The position numbers and the translations under genes are program-made. The notes under the pieces were generated by a model. That model ran no database searches. It was given only the letters and a program-made list of their open reading frames with translations, and was not told the DNA's origin. 64,000 nucleotides of DNA from IMG/VR virus record IMGVR_UViG_3300044630_001076. One strand, given 5' to 3'. This DNA is from an uncultured virus (IMG/VR IMGVR_UViG_3300044630_001076). Lineage: Duplodnaviria; Heunggongvirae; Uroviricota; Caudoviricetes; Crassvirales. This document shows, one piece after another, positions 55,590-64,000 of this stretch (position 1 is its first letter; every line of letters starts with the position of its first letter).

Positions 55590-57579
55590 TGGATGTCTGA
55601 CATTCAAACATTCGATCAGTATCTTTGTGAGCTGGGCACCAATTCCAATCGCCTTTATCAAATGTTAAATTAGGATCGTTCCAACATCCGTTGCATACTG
55701 ATTTATTTTCGACACGAAAACATTGAAATTCGTGCCATTGCACGGAAAAGTTTGCAATCATAACCACAGGTTTCCCTAATCCCCAAGCAAGCCAGCTAAC
55801 TCCACTACCAAGTCCAATAAAGAAATCACTATTGTCTATGTAGCACATTGTATCCTGAATATTAGGACTGATTATCTGCTCGCAATTATCGAATGGGTTT
55901 TCTTCTAATGATACATTAATTACCTTGTACCCTTTCTCGTGCAGATAGTTAATAACTTCTTGCCATCCTTCTTTGGTCCAAAACTTACATCCGGCTGTTG
56001 AGTTAGTTGCAATAGTAACTGTCTTCTGCAGTATCAATTTTACATTAGTAGGTTTCCATTTAAGATTAGGCTTAATCTCCTCATACTCTAATCCAAGAAT
56101 GTTAGTCGCAGCTTGTTGTAATGGTATGGTATTTGGCAATACAGGCTCCTTGTTTGAATCGTAGAACCAACCTATGTTATATTGTGCATGAATATTCTCA
56201 ACTGTTGATCCGGGCTCTACTATTTCTATCTCAGGATAGTCAAGTATACTGTTCCAAAAACTTGACAAAATTACTTTGCAGTTATGCTTTTTCTGAAACT
56301 CTAAAGCGTAAGGTGCCCAAGCAATATTGTCACCAAGTGATTTGCTGTCGATACAAATCAAAACACGCTTTCCTTCTAAATTAAGCGTACTTTCATATAT
56401 CTTCTTCCCATGTTCGTATACTTCAAGCGACCATTTCTCGTAGTATTGTCTGTTTAATTTTGCCCATGAATTGTTTTGAATTGTGTCCTCATAAACAACT
56501 TCACCTGTACCTGTTTTCCATACTAGGTGGAACCAAGATTTGACAGCAGATTTTATTTCAAAATAAGGGCCGTTGACATTATGTTCTATTATCTGAACGT
56601 CTTGATCTTCGATTGGATTTGATAAGCAATCTATGTAAGTAGTACATAGTTGATTTGCAAATTCCTCTGAATCATCATAAGTAGGTGTTATATAATTTGC
56701 CTTGATTGTATTTAAGTCTGTATCAATAGGCTGTATGTAAGCCGCATATCTTCCGTGATACTGTGGTAGGTTGTGAGCAATGATTGGCAAGTTGTATGCA
56801 ATAGCTTCACGCAATGCAAGTGGATTGCATTCAATTGTGCTATTAAACATAAATACGTTAGCCTCCTTTAAAAATGAGTCCACATCATCACGCTCTCCTA
56901 ATACTCTAACATTTGGTGGCAAATCATTCATCAAAGGCTCCCAATAGTGTTGGAAATTACCAGCTTGATTTCCAATAAAATAAAATGTCCAATCAGGATT
57001 CTTTCTTGCAATCTCTATGCCCTCAGCTTGATTCTTTCCTGGTGTCCACAAACCAACATTAACGACATACTTTGTGTCTTCTTGTTTTTCAGATTCTTTA
57101 GGGTCAATAGGGAATTCAATAACATACTTTAACTTTGTAGGCATATTCTTAAATGTAACCTCTTTATGATAACTAGAGCAGAATGCATATGCATCAGGAT
57201 GAAACTTTCTTTCTTTATCCGGATTAAAAAATACATCGTGACAAGTCTCAATAATTCTATATACTCTATTGGTATTATAGAGTTCACTCATCACCTCGTT
57301 GTCGAATCTCTCAGCCACATCATGTAGGTGAATGATATCAGGTTTAATATTTGCTACTATGTCAAGTAGTTCTGATTTGGTATCACCAAGAGTATATACT
57401 TTGTTACCAAGTATTTCTTTTATCGCATTACGATGCACTACGAAATCAGCTGTGTAGAACTGATATTCTACTACGTGTATATCGTACATTTCGTCTAGTA
57501 ATTGTATCTGCTTAAGAAGAAAAGATGGCATCCCTCCTGTAGATAAGTGAGGGGCTAAGTATAAAATCTTGGATTTCAT
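55537..57579 (-). CDS. GT4-like domain fused to Aah/TibC-family O-heptosyltransferase
   Basis: N: HLSTGGMP, KNQ and ECNPLALREA. C: SKSLGDNIAW, FIGLGSGVSWLAW, and CNGCWND...WCP...FEC iron-finger cysteines. Confidence 0.85.
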   Translation of the reverse strand: MKSKILYLAPHLSTGGMPSFLLKQIQLLDEMYDIHVVEYQFYTADFVVHRNAIKEILGNKVYTLGDTKSELLDIVANIKPDIIHLHDVAERFDNEVMSELYNTNRVYRIIETCHDVFFNPDKERKFHPDAYAFCSSYHKEVTFKNMPTKLKYVIEFPIDPKESEKQEDTKYVVNVGLWTPGKNQAEGIEIARKNPDWTFYFIGNQAGNFQHYWEPLMNDLPPNVRVLGERDDVDSFLKEANVFMFNSTIECNPLALREAIAYNLPIIAHNLPQYHGRYAAYIQPIDTDLNTIKANYITPTYDDSEEFANQLCTTYIDCLSNPIEDQDVQIIEHNVNGPYFEIKSAVKSWFHLVWKTGTGEVVYEDTIQNNSWAKLNRQYYEKWSLEVYEHGKKIYESTLNLEGKRVLICIDSKSLGDNIAWAPYALEFQKKHNCKVILSSFWNSILDYPEIEIVEPGSTVENIHAQYNIGWFYDSNKEPVLPNTIPLQQAATNILGLEYEEIKPNLKWKPTNVKLILQKTVTIATNSTAGCKFWTKEGWQEVINYLHEKGYKVINVSLEENPFDNCEQIISPNIQDTMCYIDNSDFFIGLGSGVSWLAWGLGKPVVMIANFSVQWHEFQCFRVENKSVCNGCWNDPNLTFDKGDWNWCPAHKDTDRMFECQTSIKAQKVIDVINKNGLIR

Positions 57580-57654
57580 TTTTGAATTAATTAGATTAGC
57601 AGTAAATATAAAAGGAAAAATGCTAAATTTGCATATTACTTTAATAAAATAACA

Positions 57655-57909
57655 ATGAAAAAATTAGAAGAACAAGAATTAGCTCGCTTGAACGAAACGA
57701 CAAAAGGTCTTCGTGAAGCACGCACAACAATCGCAGATATTGAGATTTCTTTAAATCGATTAGGGACTCAAAAAAAATCAGTATTATTTAATGCTGAGAA
57801 ATTCGCTGAAGAATTAAACAACATCCAGGAAGAACTTCAACAAAAATACGGCAACGTATTGATTGATACCGTAACTGGAGAAATCAAAGAACAAAATGCT
57901 GATTCGTAA
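57655..57909 (+). CDS. Coiled-coil hypothetical protein
   Basis: LQQKYGNV.ID..TGEI; TAAATTTG -7 motif at 57624-57631. Confidence 0.65.
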   Translation: MKKLEEQELARLNETTKGLREARTTIADIEISLNRLGTQKKSVLFNAEKFAEELNNIQEELQQKYGNVLIDTVTGEIKEQNADS

Positions 57910-58114
57910 AATATCTATTGGACCTGATTACAAGAATGCAATGAACTATACTCATGGGCAAGAAGTCCTTGATAAGTCATATCGTATTCATTTGATCACA
58001 CAAAAGGATGATGGTACAGTTAGTATTTTTATTGAGAAGAATACTGAAGTTATTCTTTGGAAATCAATTGCATCAACTACACCATTTGTCCTCGAGTATA
58101 ATATCGAGTTCTAA
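57896..58114 (+). CDS. Conserved hypothetical protein (IRKISIGPDYK)
   Basis: Motif usual upstream of terminase in this phage group. Confidence 0.65.
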   Translation: MLIRKISIGPDYKNAMNYTHGQEVLDKSYRIHLITQKDDGTVSIFIEKNTEVILWKSIASTTPFVLEYNIEF

Positions 58115-58698
58115 TGAAATCTCCATTTTATTTTATCGTAAAGCCAAAAGATGGTAAGCGATATGATGATGAGCGTAATGGCATCATTATATCTACGTCT
58201 AAGGAAGATTATAAAGCCTCCACTCGTGAGGCTGTTGTAATTGAAACGCCTATTGGATACGATGGTCCTGTTCAGATTGGCGATACAGTCATCGTTCACC
58301 ACAACACATTTAAGTACTACTACGATATGCGTGGTCGAGAGAAGTCATCGTGGAATTATTTCCGTGATGATTTATTTTTTATCGATGATCCATACGCATA
58401 CAAGCATGAGTGTGATACATGGAAAGGAATTGGCCGGTATGTGTTTGTTTCTCCTGTCGAGAACGACCATACTGGCATCACTACCATTGATGCAGAAAAG
58501 CCCCTTGTTGGCAAGATAAAGTATGCGAATGATGAAGTACTTGACCTTGGTCTTAAAGTGGGCGATATGGTCACGTTTGAGCCTGAATCAGAGTATCCAT
58601 TTTGGATTGATGGCGAGAAGGTTTACCGTATGTACACAAAGAACTTAACAATCATATTAGATGAGCAAGATAACAGAGTTAAAGAAGCGAATAATTGA
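58114..58698 (+). CDS. GroES-fold-like protein
   Basis: FIVKP...IGDTVIVHH...GLKVGD.V.F...Y...IDGEK.YRM. Confidence 0.55.
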   Translation: MKSPFYFIVKPKDGKRYDDERNGIIISTSKEDYKASTREAVVIETPIGYDGPVQIGDTVIVHHNTFKYYYDMRGREKSSWNYFRDDLFFIDDPYAYKHECDTWKGIGRYVFVSPVENDHTGITTIDAEKPLVGKIKYANDEVLDLGLKVGDMVTFEPESEYPFWIDGEKVYRMYTKNLTIILDEQDNRVKEANN

Positions 58699-58942
58699 TT
58701 CAGGATACAAAGCTGTAGAAGAGTTAATTAAGGTTGCAGAAGAAAGAATCGTTACTCACGCTGAGGATGACTTAAGTGCAGATAAACTAAAGAATGCAGC
58801 TCAGGCTAAGAAGTTAGCTATTATGGATGCATTTGAGATTCTTAAGCGTGTAGAGGAGGAAAGCAACATCATTGATGGTGTTGTAAATAATCAGGTTAAT
58901 ACTAATCGTGGATTTGCTGAATCTAGAGCAAAAACAAAATGA
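58661..58942 (+). CDS. Putative terminase small subunit
   Basis: Helical 93 aa directly upstream of terL. Confidence 0.55.
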   Translation: MSKITELKKRIIDSGYKAVEELIKVAEERIVTHAEDDLSADKLKNAAQAKKLAIMDAFEILKRVEEESNIIDGVVNNQVNTNRGFAESRAKTK

Positions 58943-61152
58943 GTTTATACAAAATAGTAGATAATGTTGTTCCCCAAAAAATACTTGACAAGAAAAATGC
59001 CAAGAAAGAATGGGAGTATGGCTATAACCCTGAGTTTGATATTGTCATTATATCTAAAGATGGAACTTTGGGTGATATATATGATATTCAAAATCTTAGA
59101 GTAGGATTGCCAAAGACTCCCGAAAAGGTATCATATAAATCTGATAAGTGGGAGCCAATCATATTACCTAAGGAATTGTCACGCATTAAAACAATCTTTG
59201 ATTGGAATAGGCGTGATAACTCTTTTAAGAACCAATGGGTAGATTTTATTGAACAAGAGTTTGACCGAAGGGAGTATGGATATTGGTTTATTAATAATGG
59301 TGTGAAGACTTATATGTCAGGTCATCATTATATGTACCTCACATGGTCTAAGACTGATGTTGGTCATCCAGACTTTCGTGAGTCAAACAGAATATTCTTT
59401 TTATTCTTTGAAGCCTGCAAAGCAGACACAAGATGCTTTGGGATGTGCTATCTAAAAAATAGACGTTCTGGTTTTTCTTTTATGGCCTCCTCTGTTTCCG
59501 TAGATATTGCTACCTTAGCAAAAGATGCTCGTATTGGTATGGTCTCTAAAACAGGACCTGATGCTAAAAAGATGTTTACGGATAAGGTTGTACCTATTGC
59601 CAACAACTATCCATTCTTTTTCCAGCCTGTGCGTGATGGTATGACCACACCAAAGACTGAACTTGCATTCCGTGTTCCTGCAGAAAAGATTACACGCAAG
59701 AATATGGATCAGGAGAAAGATGAAGCGATGGATGGGTTAGATACATCTATTGACTGGCGTAACACAGCAGACAACTCGTACGATGGTGAGAAGCTTCGTT
59801 TCTTGATTGAGGATGAGGCTGCTAAGTTAGAAAAGCCAATGAACATTGAAAATGGTTGGCGTATTCGTAAGACTTGTCTTCGTCTAGGTGCCAGGATCAT
59901 TGGTAAGTGTATGATGGGTTCTACATCGAACGCATTAGATAAAGGTGGAGAAAACTATAAAAAATTATATTATGACTCAGACGTCACAAAAAGAAACAAG
60001 AACGGTCAGACTATATCGGGTCTTTATTCGCTCTTTATACCGATGGAGTATAACTTTGAGGGATACATTGATCAATACGGTCACGCAGTATTAGAGAAAC
60101 CTGAAAAGCCGGTAAAGTCAGCAGAAGGAACTTGGATAACAGAAGGTGTTATTGAGTATTGGAATAATGAGGTATCCTCATTAAAAGCAAATCCCGATGC
60201 ACTTAATGAATTCTATCGACAGTTCCCAAGAACAGAGTCTCATGCATTCCGTGATGAGACTAAATCATCTTTGTATAATTTAACTAAAATCTATCAGCAG
60301 ATTGATTATAACGATGGGCTAATACAGGATCACGTATTAACTCGTGGATTCTTTCATTGGAAAAATGGGGAGAAAGATACAGAGGTTATTTGGACACCAG
60401 ATAAGAATGGTAGATTCTTGGTATCATGGATACCTGAAATTGCATTGCGTAATAATTTTATAACTAAAAATGGAACACGTTATCCTCTCAACGAACACAT
60501 CGGGGCATTTGGATGTGACCCTTACGATATTTCGGGTGCTACTTTTGGTGGGTCGAATGGCTCTCTTCACGGTCTTACTAAGTTCAATATGGCGAATGCT
60601 CCGTCAAATGCGTTCTTCTTAGAATACATTGCTCGTCCACAGACAGCTGAGACATTCTTTGAAGAAGTACTGATGGCTTGTGTATTTTATGGTATGCCAA
60701 TACTTGCCGAGAATAACAAAGCTCGTTTGCTGTACCACTTTAAGAATAGAGGCTATAGAGGATTCTCAATGAACAGACCTGACAAGCACAAAACTAAATT
60801 GTCATTTACTGAGATTGAGATTGGCGGTATACCATCCTCGAGTGAGGATATGAAACAAGCACACGCAGCTGGGATTGGAACTTACATTGAGAAGTATGTA
60901 GGATATGACCTAGAAGGAACATACAGGAATCCTGACGAAATTGGCGATATGCCATTTACTAGAACTCTATTGGATTGGTCTAAATTTAATGTGAACGATA
61001 GAACAAAGTATGATGCTTCTATCAGTTCAGGATTAGCGATTATGGCTAACCAAAAGCATATTTACCTGCCCGAGAAAAAAGAGTCAAAAATTAGCATTAA
61101 ATTTGCAAGATACGATAACAGCGGTTCAGCGAGTAGACTGAAAAATATATGA
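58939..61152 (+). CDS. terL: Terminase large subunit
   Basis: KNRRSGFS (Walker A), IEDEAAK (Walker B), GSTSN, GCDPYD and ENNK motifs. Confidence 0.9.
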   Translation: MSLYKIVDNVVPQKILDKKNAKKEWEYGYNPEFDIVIISKDGTLGDIYDIQNLRVGLPKTPEKVSYKSDKWEPIILPKELSRIKTIFDWNRRDNSFKNQWVDFIEQEFDRREYGYWFINNGVKTYMSGHHYMYLTWSKTDVGHPDFRESNRIFFLFFEACKADTRCFGMCYLKNRRSGFSFMASSVSVDIATLAKDARIGMVSKTGPDAKKMFTDKVVPIANNYPFFFQPVRDGMTTPKTELAFRVPAEKITRKNMDQEKDEAMDGLDTSIDWRNTADNSYDGEKLRFLIEDEAAKLEKPMNIENGWRIRKTCLRLGARIIGKCMMGSTSNALDKGGENYKKLYYDSDVTKRNKNGQTISGLYSLFIPMEYNFEGYIDQYGHAVLEKPEKPVKSAEGTWITEGVIEYWNNEVSSLKANPDALNEFYRQFPRTESHAFRDETKSSLYNLTKIYQQIDYNDGLIQDHVLTRGFFHWKNGEKDTEVIWTPDKNGRFLVSWIPEIALRNNFITKNGTRYPLNEHIGAFGCDPYDISGATFGGSNGSLHGLTKFNMANAPSNAFFLEYIARPQTAETFFEEVLMACVFYGMPILAENNKARLLYHFKNRGYRGFSMNRPDKHKTKLSFTEIEIGGIPSSSEDMKQAHAAGIGTYIEKYVGYDLEGTYRNPDEIGDMPFTRTLLDWSKFNVNDRTKYDASISSGLAIMANQKHIYLPEKKESKISIKFARYDNSGSASRLKNI

Positions 61153-63578
61153 ACGACCCTTTAATAATGATTAATCCGACCAACTTCCCAACACAGTTGG
61201 CAACGGATGCAGAGAAAGCATCTCAAGAGTTTGGATTAAAAGTAGGACAAAGTATCATGTGGGAATGGTTTGCCAAGACAGGCAACAATTGTCGCTACTA
61301 TTCTCAATGGATTGACTTTCACCGCATTAGGCTATATGCTCGTGGTGAACAATCAATCGCAAAATATAAAAGTCAATTCGAAGTTGATGGCGATATGTCG
61401 CATATTAACTTAGACTGGACTCCTGTGCCCATTATTCCTAAGTTTGTTGATATCGTAGTTAATGGAATGAATGACCGCCTTTTTGAGGTAAAAACATATG
61501 CACAGGATTCTATGTCTATGGAAAGAAGAACTCAATTCCAAGAGATGGTTGAGGCTGATATGGTGTCAAAAGAATTTTTAATTCAGACACAGCAAGAGTT
61601 TGGTATTGATGCATTTAATGTTCCTCTTCAAGATTTACCTGAAAATGATCAAGAATTAAATCTTTATATGCAACTTAGATATAAGCCTGCTATTGAGATT
61701 GCAGAAGAGGAGGCAATAAATACAATTTTAGATGTTAACCATTATAGCGATATAAGAAAACGAGTTGATTATGATATTACTACTATTGGTATTGGGATGG
61801 TCAAACATTCTTTTGTTCCAGGAACAGGAGTTAGGGTAGAATATGTTGACCCTGCTAATATGGTATATAGTTACACGGAATCGCCAACATTTGACGATTG
61901 TTTCTATTTTGGTGAAGTTAAGCAAGTACCGATTACTGAACTTATTAAAATCAAGCCAGATATTACTAATGAAGAGTTGGCAGAAATTCAACAACTTGGT
62001 ACAGCTTGGTATAATTATTATGGTGTACTTCGTCCTTATCGTAGTGATTTATTTAATCGTGATGTTGTTACGCTTATGTATTTCAATTACAAAACCGATA
62101 AGACATATGTTTATAAAAAGAAATACACAGACAACGGAGGAACAAGAGTAATTGAGAAGGATGAAAACTTCCAAGTTCCGGAAGGGATGGAGGAGCGTTT
62201 TGAACGTATAGAAAAACGTATCGATGTTTGGTACGAAGGTGTAATGGTTATGGGATCAAGTTACTTGCTTAAGTGGGAACTTGCTAAGAACATGGTTCGT
62301 CCTAAGTCTGCATCTCAATATGCATTGCCTCAGTACATTGCTGTAGCACCACGTATGTATAAAGGAGTTATTGAGTCATTGACTCGTAGAATGATTCCTT
62401 TTGCAGACTTAATTCAATTGACCCATTTAAAGTTGCAACAAGTATTACAGCGTGTTGTACCTGATGGTGTTTACATTGATGCAGATGGTATCAATGAAGT
62501 TGACTTGGGTACAGGTGCTGCCTACAATCCAGAAGATGCCTTGCGTTTATACTTCCAAACAGGTAGTGTTATTGGTAGAAGTATGACCGTAGATGGTGAT
62601 CTTAACCATGGGAAAATACCGATTCAAGAACTTAATACTAATAGCGGACAAGGAAAAATTACTGCATTGATTAATGCATACAATCAGTACCTATCAATGA
62701 TCAGGGATGTTACCGGGTTAAATGAAGCTAGAGATGCATCAACTCCAAACCCTGATGCATTGGTAGGTGTACAAAAACTTGCAGCTCTTAATTCAAACAC
62801 AGCTACTCGCCATATATTGGAGGGAAGTTTATTTATTACTAAGCGTTTATCGGAAGCATTATCTTGCCGTATTGCTGATATTTTAGAATACTCTGATTTT
62901 AAAGAAGAGTTTACTATGCAAATTGGTAAGTATGCAGTTGGTGTTTTAGATGAAATCAAGCATTTGTATTTACATGATTTTGGTGTGTTTATCGAAGTAG
63001 CACCTGATGAAGAAGAAAAGGCTCAATTAGAGGCTAATATTCAAGTTGCCATGCAACGTGACCAAATTAGTTTAGAAGATGCTATTGATATTCGTCAGAT
63101 GAAGAATCTTAAGTTGGCTAATGAATTGCTTAAGCTAAAGCGTAAGAAGAAGCAACAAGAAGACATGAAGAATGAGCAAGCTAAAATTCAAATGCAAACT
63201 CAAGGAAACATTCAGTCATCTCAAGCATCTGCTCAGGCTACACTACAAAAGGTTCAAGCAGAGTCACAAGCTAAAGCACAACTTGCTCAAGCTCAAATGC
63301 AGTTTGATATTCAACGTATGCAGGCAGAGGCTCAGATTAAAGAGCAATTAATGCAAGTTGAATTTTCTTATAATATGCAACTTAAAGGAATGGAGGTAGA
63401 TAAGATTAAGCAGTTGGAGACAGACAGGGAAAAAGCTAAGGATAATAGAACTAAATTACAAGCAACACAGCAGTCTAAGTTAATTGAGCAACGCCAAAAA
63501 GACTTACCTGCTATGAACTTTGAGTCTGAGGAAGATTCATTAGATGGCTTTGATTTAGAGCAGTTTAATCCAAGATAA
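61149..63578 (+). CDS. Portal protein
   Basis: After terL; PIIPKFVDIVVNG and IRDVTGLNEARD motifs; Gln-rich C-terminal barrel typical of podoviruses. Confidence 0.85.
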   Translation: MNDPLIMINPTNFPTQLATDAEKASQEFGLKVGQSIMWEWFAKTGNNCRYYSQWIDFHRIRLYARGEQSIAKYKSQFEVDGDMSHINLDWTPVPIIPKFVDIVVNGMNDRLFEVKTYAQDSMSMERRTQFQEMVEADMVSKEFLIQTQQEFGIDAFNVPLQDLPENDQELNLYMQLRYKPAIEIAEEEAINTILDVNHYSDIRKRVDYDITTIGIGMVKHSFVPGTGVRVEYVDPANMVYSYTESPTFDDCFYFGEVKQVPITELIKIKPDITNEELAEIQQLGTAWYNYYGVLRPYRSDLFNRDVVTLMYFNYKTDKTYVYKKKYTDNGGTRVIEKDENFQVPEGMEERFERIEKRIDVWYEGVMVMGSSYLLKWELAKNMVRPKSASQYALPQYIAVAPRMYKGVIESLTRRMIPFADLIQLTHLKLQQVLQRVVPDGVYIDADGINEVDLGTGAAYNPEDALRLYFQTGSVIGRSMTVDGDLNHGKIPIQELNTNSGQGKITALINAYNQYLSMIRDVTGLNEARDASTPNPDALVGVQKLAALNSNTATRHILEGSLFITKRLSEALSCRIADILEYSDFKEEFTMQIGKYAVGVLDEIKHLYLHDFGVFIEVAPDEEEKAQLEANIQVAMQRDQISLEDAIDIRQMKNLKLANELLKLKRKKKQQEDMKNEQAKIQMQTQGNIQSSQASAQATLQKVQAESQAKAQLAQAQMQFDIQRMQAEAQIKEQLMQVEFSYNMQLKGMEVDKIKQLETDREKAKDNRTKLQATQQSKLIEQRQKDLPAMNFESEEDSLDGFDLEQFNPR

Positions 63579-63617
63579 AATTTATTACTACTTTTGTGCA
63601 AATTAAATTAAATAATA

Positions 63618-64000
63618 ATGGAAAATTTTCAAGTAAAACTGGTAGACTTTGAGGAAAAGTCTGTCCAAGAAGTAGAAGAGACTCTACTTAAAGTACATGA
63701 GGAAAAAACAGGTATCGAGCAGTTCGAAACATCTGAAGAAGTTAAAGTTGATCTATCTGCTGAACCCGACACAGCATTAGGATCAGGAGAAGAGCAATCA
63801 ACTCCGCAGTCATCATTTGGCGATGAAGACGTTCTTTCATATTTGAAAAGCAAGTATAATAGAGAGGTTAACTCTTTAGATGATTTGTTTACACCTGTTG
63901 AGCCTCAAAAGGAATTACTTCCTGAGGATGTTGAAGCATTTTATCGCTTCAAAAAAGAGACAGGGCGTGGACTAGAAGACTTCTATCGTGTTAATCAGGA
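63618..64000 (+). CDS. Putative capsid scaffolding protein (3' truncated)
   Basis: Open acidic ORF MENFQVKLVDFEEKSVQEVEE... after the portal; TACTTTTG -7 motif at 63589-63596. Confidence 0.7.
   Translation, partial: MENFQVKLVDFEEKSVQEVEETLLKVHEEKTGIEQFETSEEVKVDLSAEPDTALGSGEEQSTPQSSFGDEDVLSYLKSKYNREVNSLDDLFTPVEPQKELLPEDVEAFYRFKKETGRGLEDFYRVNQ

Noticed and set aside
1..64000. Stop-codon reassignment as in some crAss-like phages
   Set aside because: Long genes are intact in the standard code, and TAA, TAG and TGA all end genes.

Overview
The window looks like a nearly complete (probably ~65 kb, circularly permuted) genome of a tailed, podovirus-like phage of Bacteroidetes. It starts inside the major capsid gene and ends in the putative scaffold gene that normally precedes it. 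TAnnTTTG (-7) Bacteroidetes promoter motifs occur before many genes. Layout: (i) 1-22.5 kb, + strand: capsid, ring/tail, a split tail-stabilisation gene with mucin-like Thr repeats and an inserted glycosyltransferase, GNAT, ejection proteins and a 2843-aa polyvalent protein. (ii) 22.6-42.3 kb, - strand: replication, recombination, DNA-modification and early genes (primase-helicase, Sak, PD-(D/E)XK exonuclease, C5 methyltransferase, SF2 helicase, PAPS-reductase-like). (iii) 42.3-43.7 kb: divergent non-coding region with repeat arrays, a likely genome end or origin. (iv) 43.7-64 kb: GroEL/GroES, small basic proteins, lysis genes, a Gly-Thr-Ser repeat fibre with sulfotransferase, APS kinase and Aah/TibC-like O-heptosyltransferase, then terminase, portal and scaffold. 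Main leads: a candidate virion O-glycosylation/sulfation system; a 43-aa gene nested in the +1 frame of the giant protein; a shared PLAxTxF peptide tag on unrelated small proteins; and a duplicated TGTACA/IHF element. All product calls come from motif recognition by eye; no searches were run.
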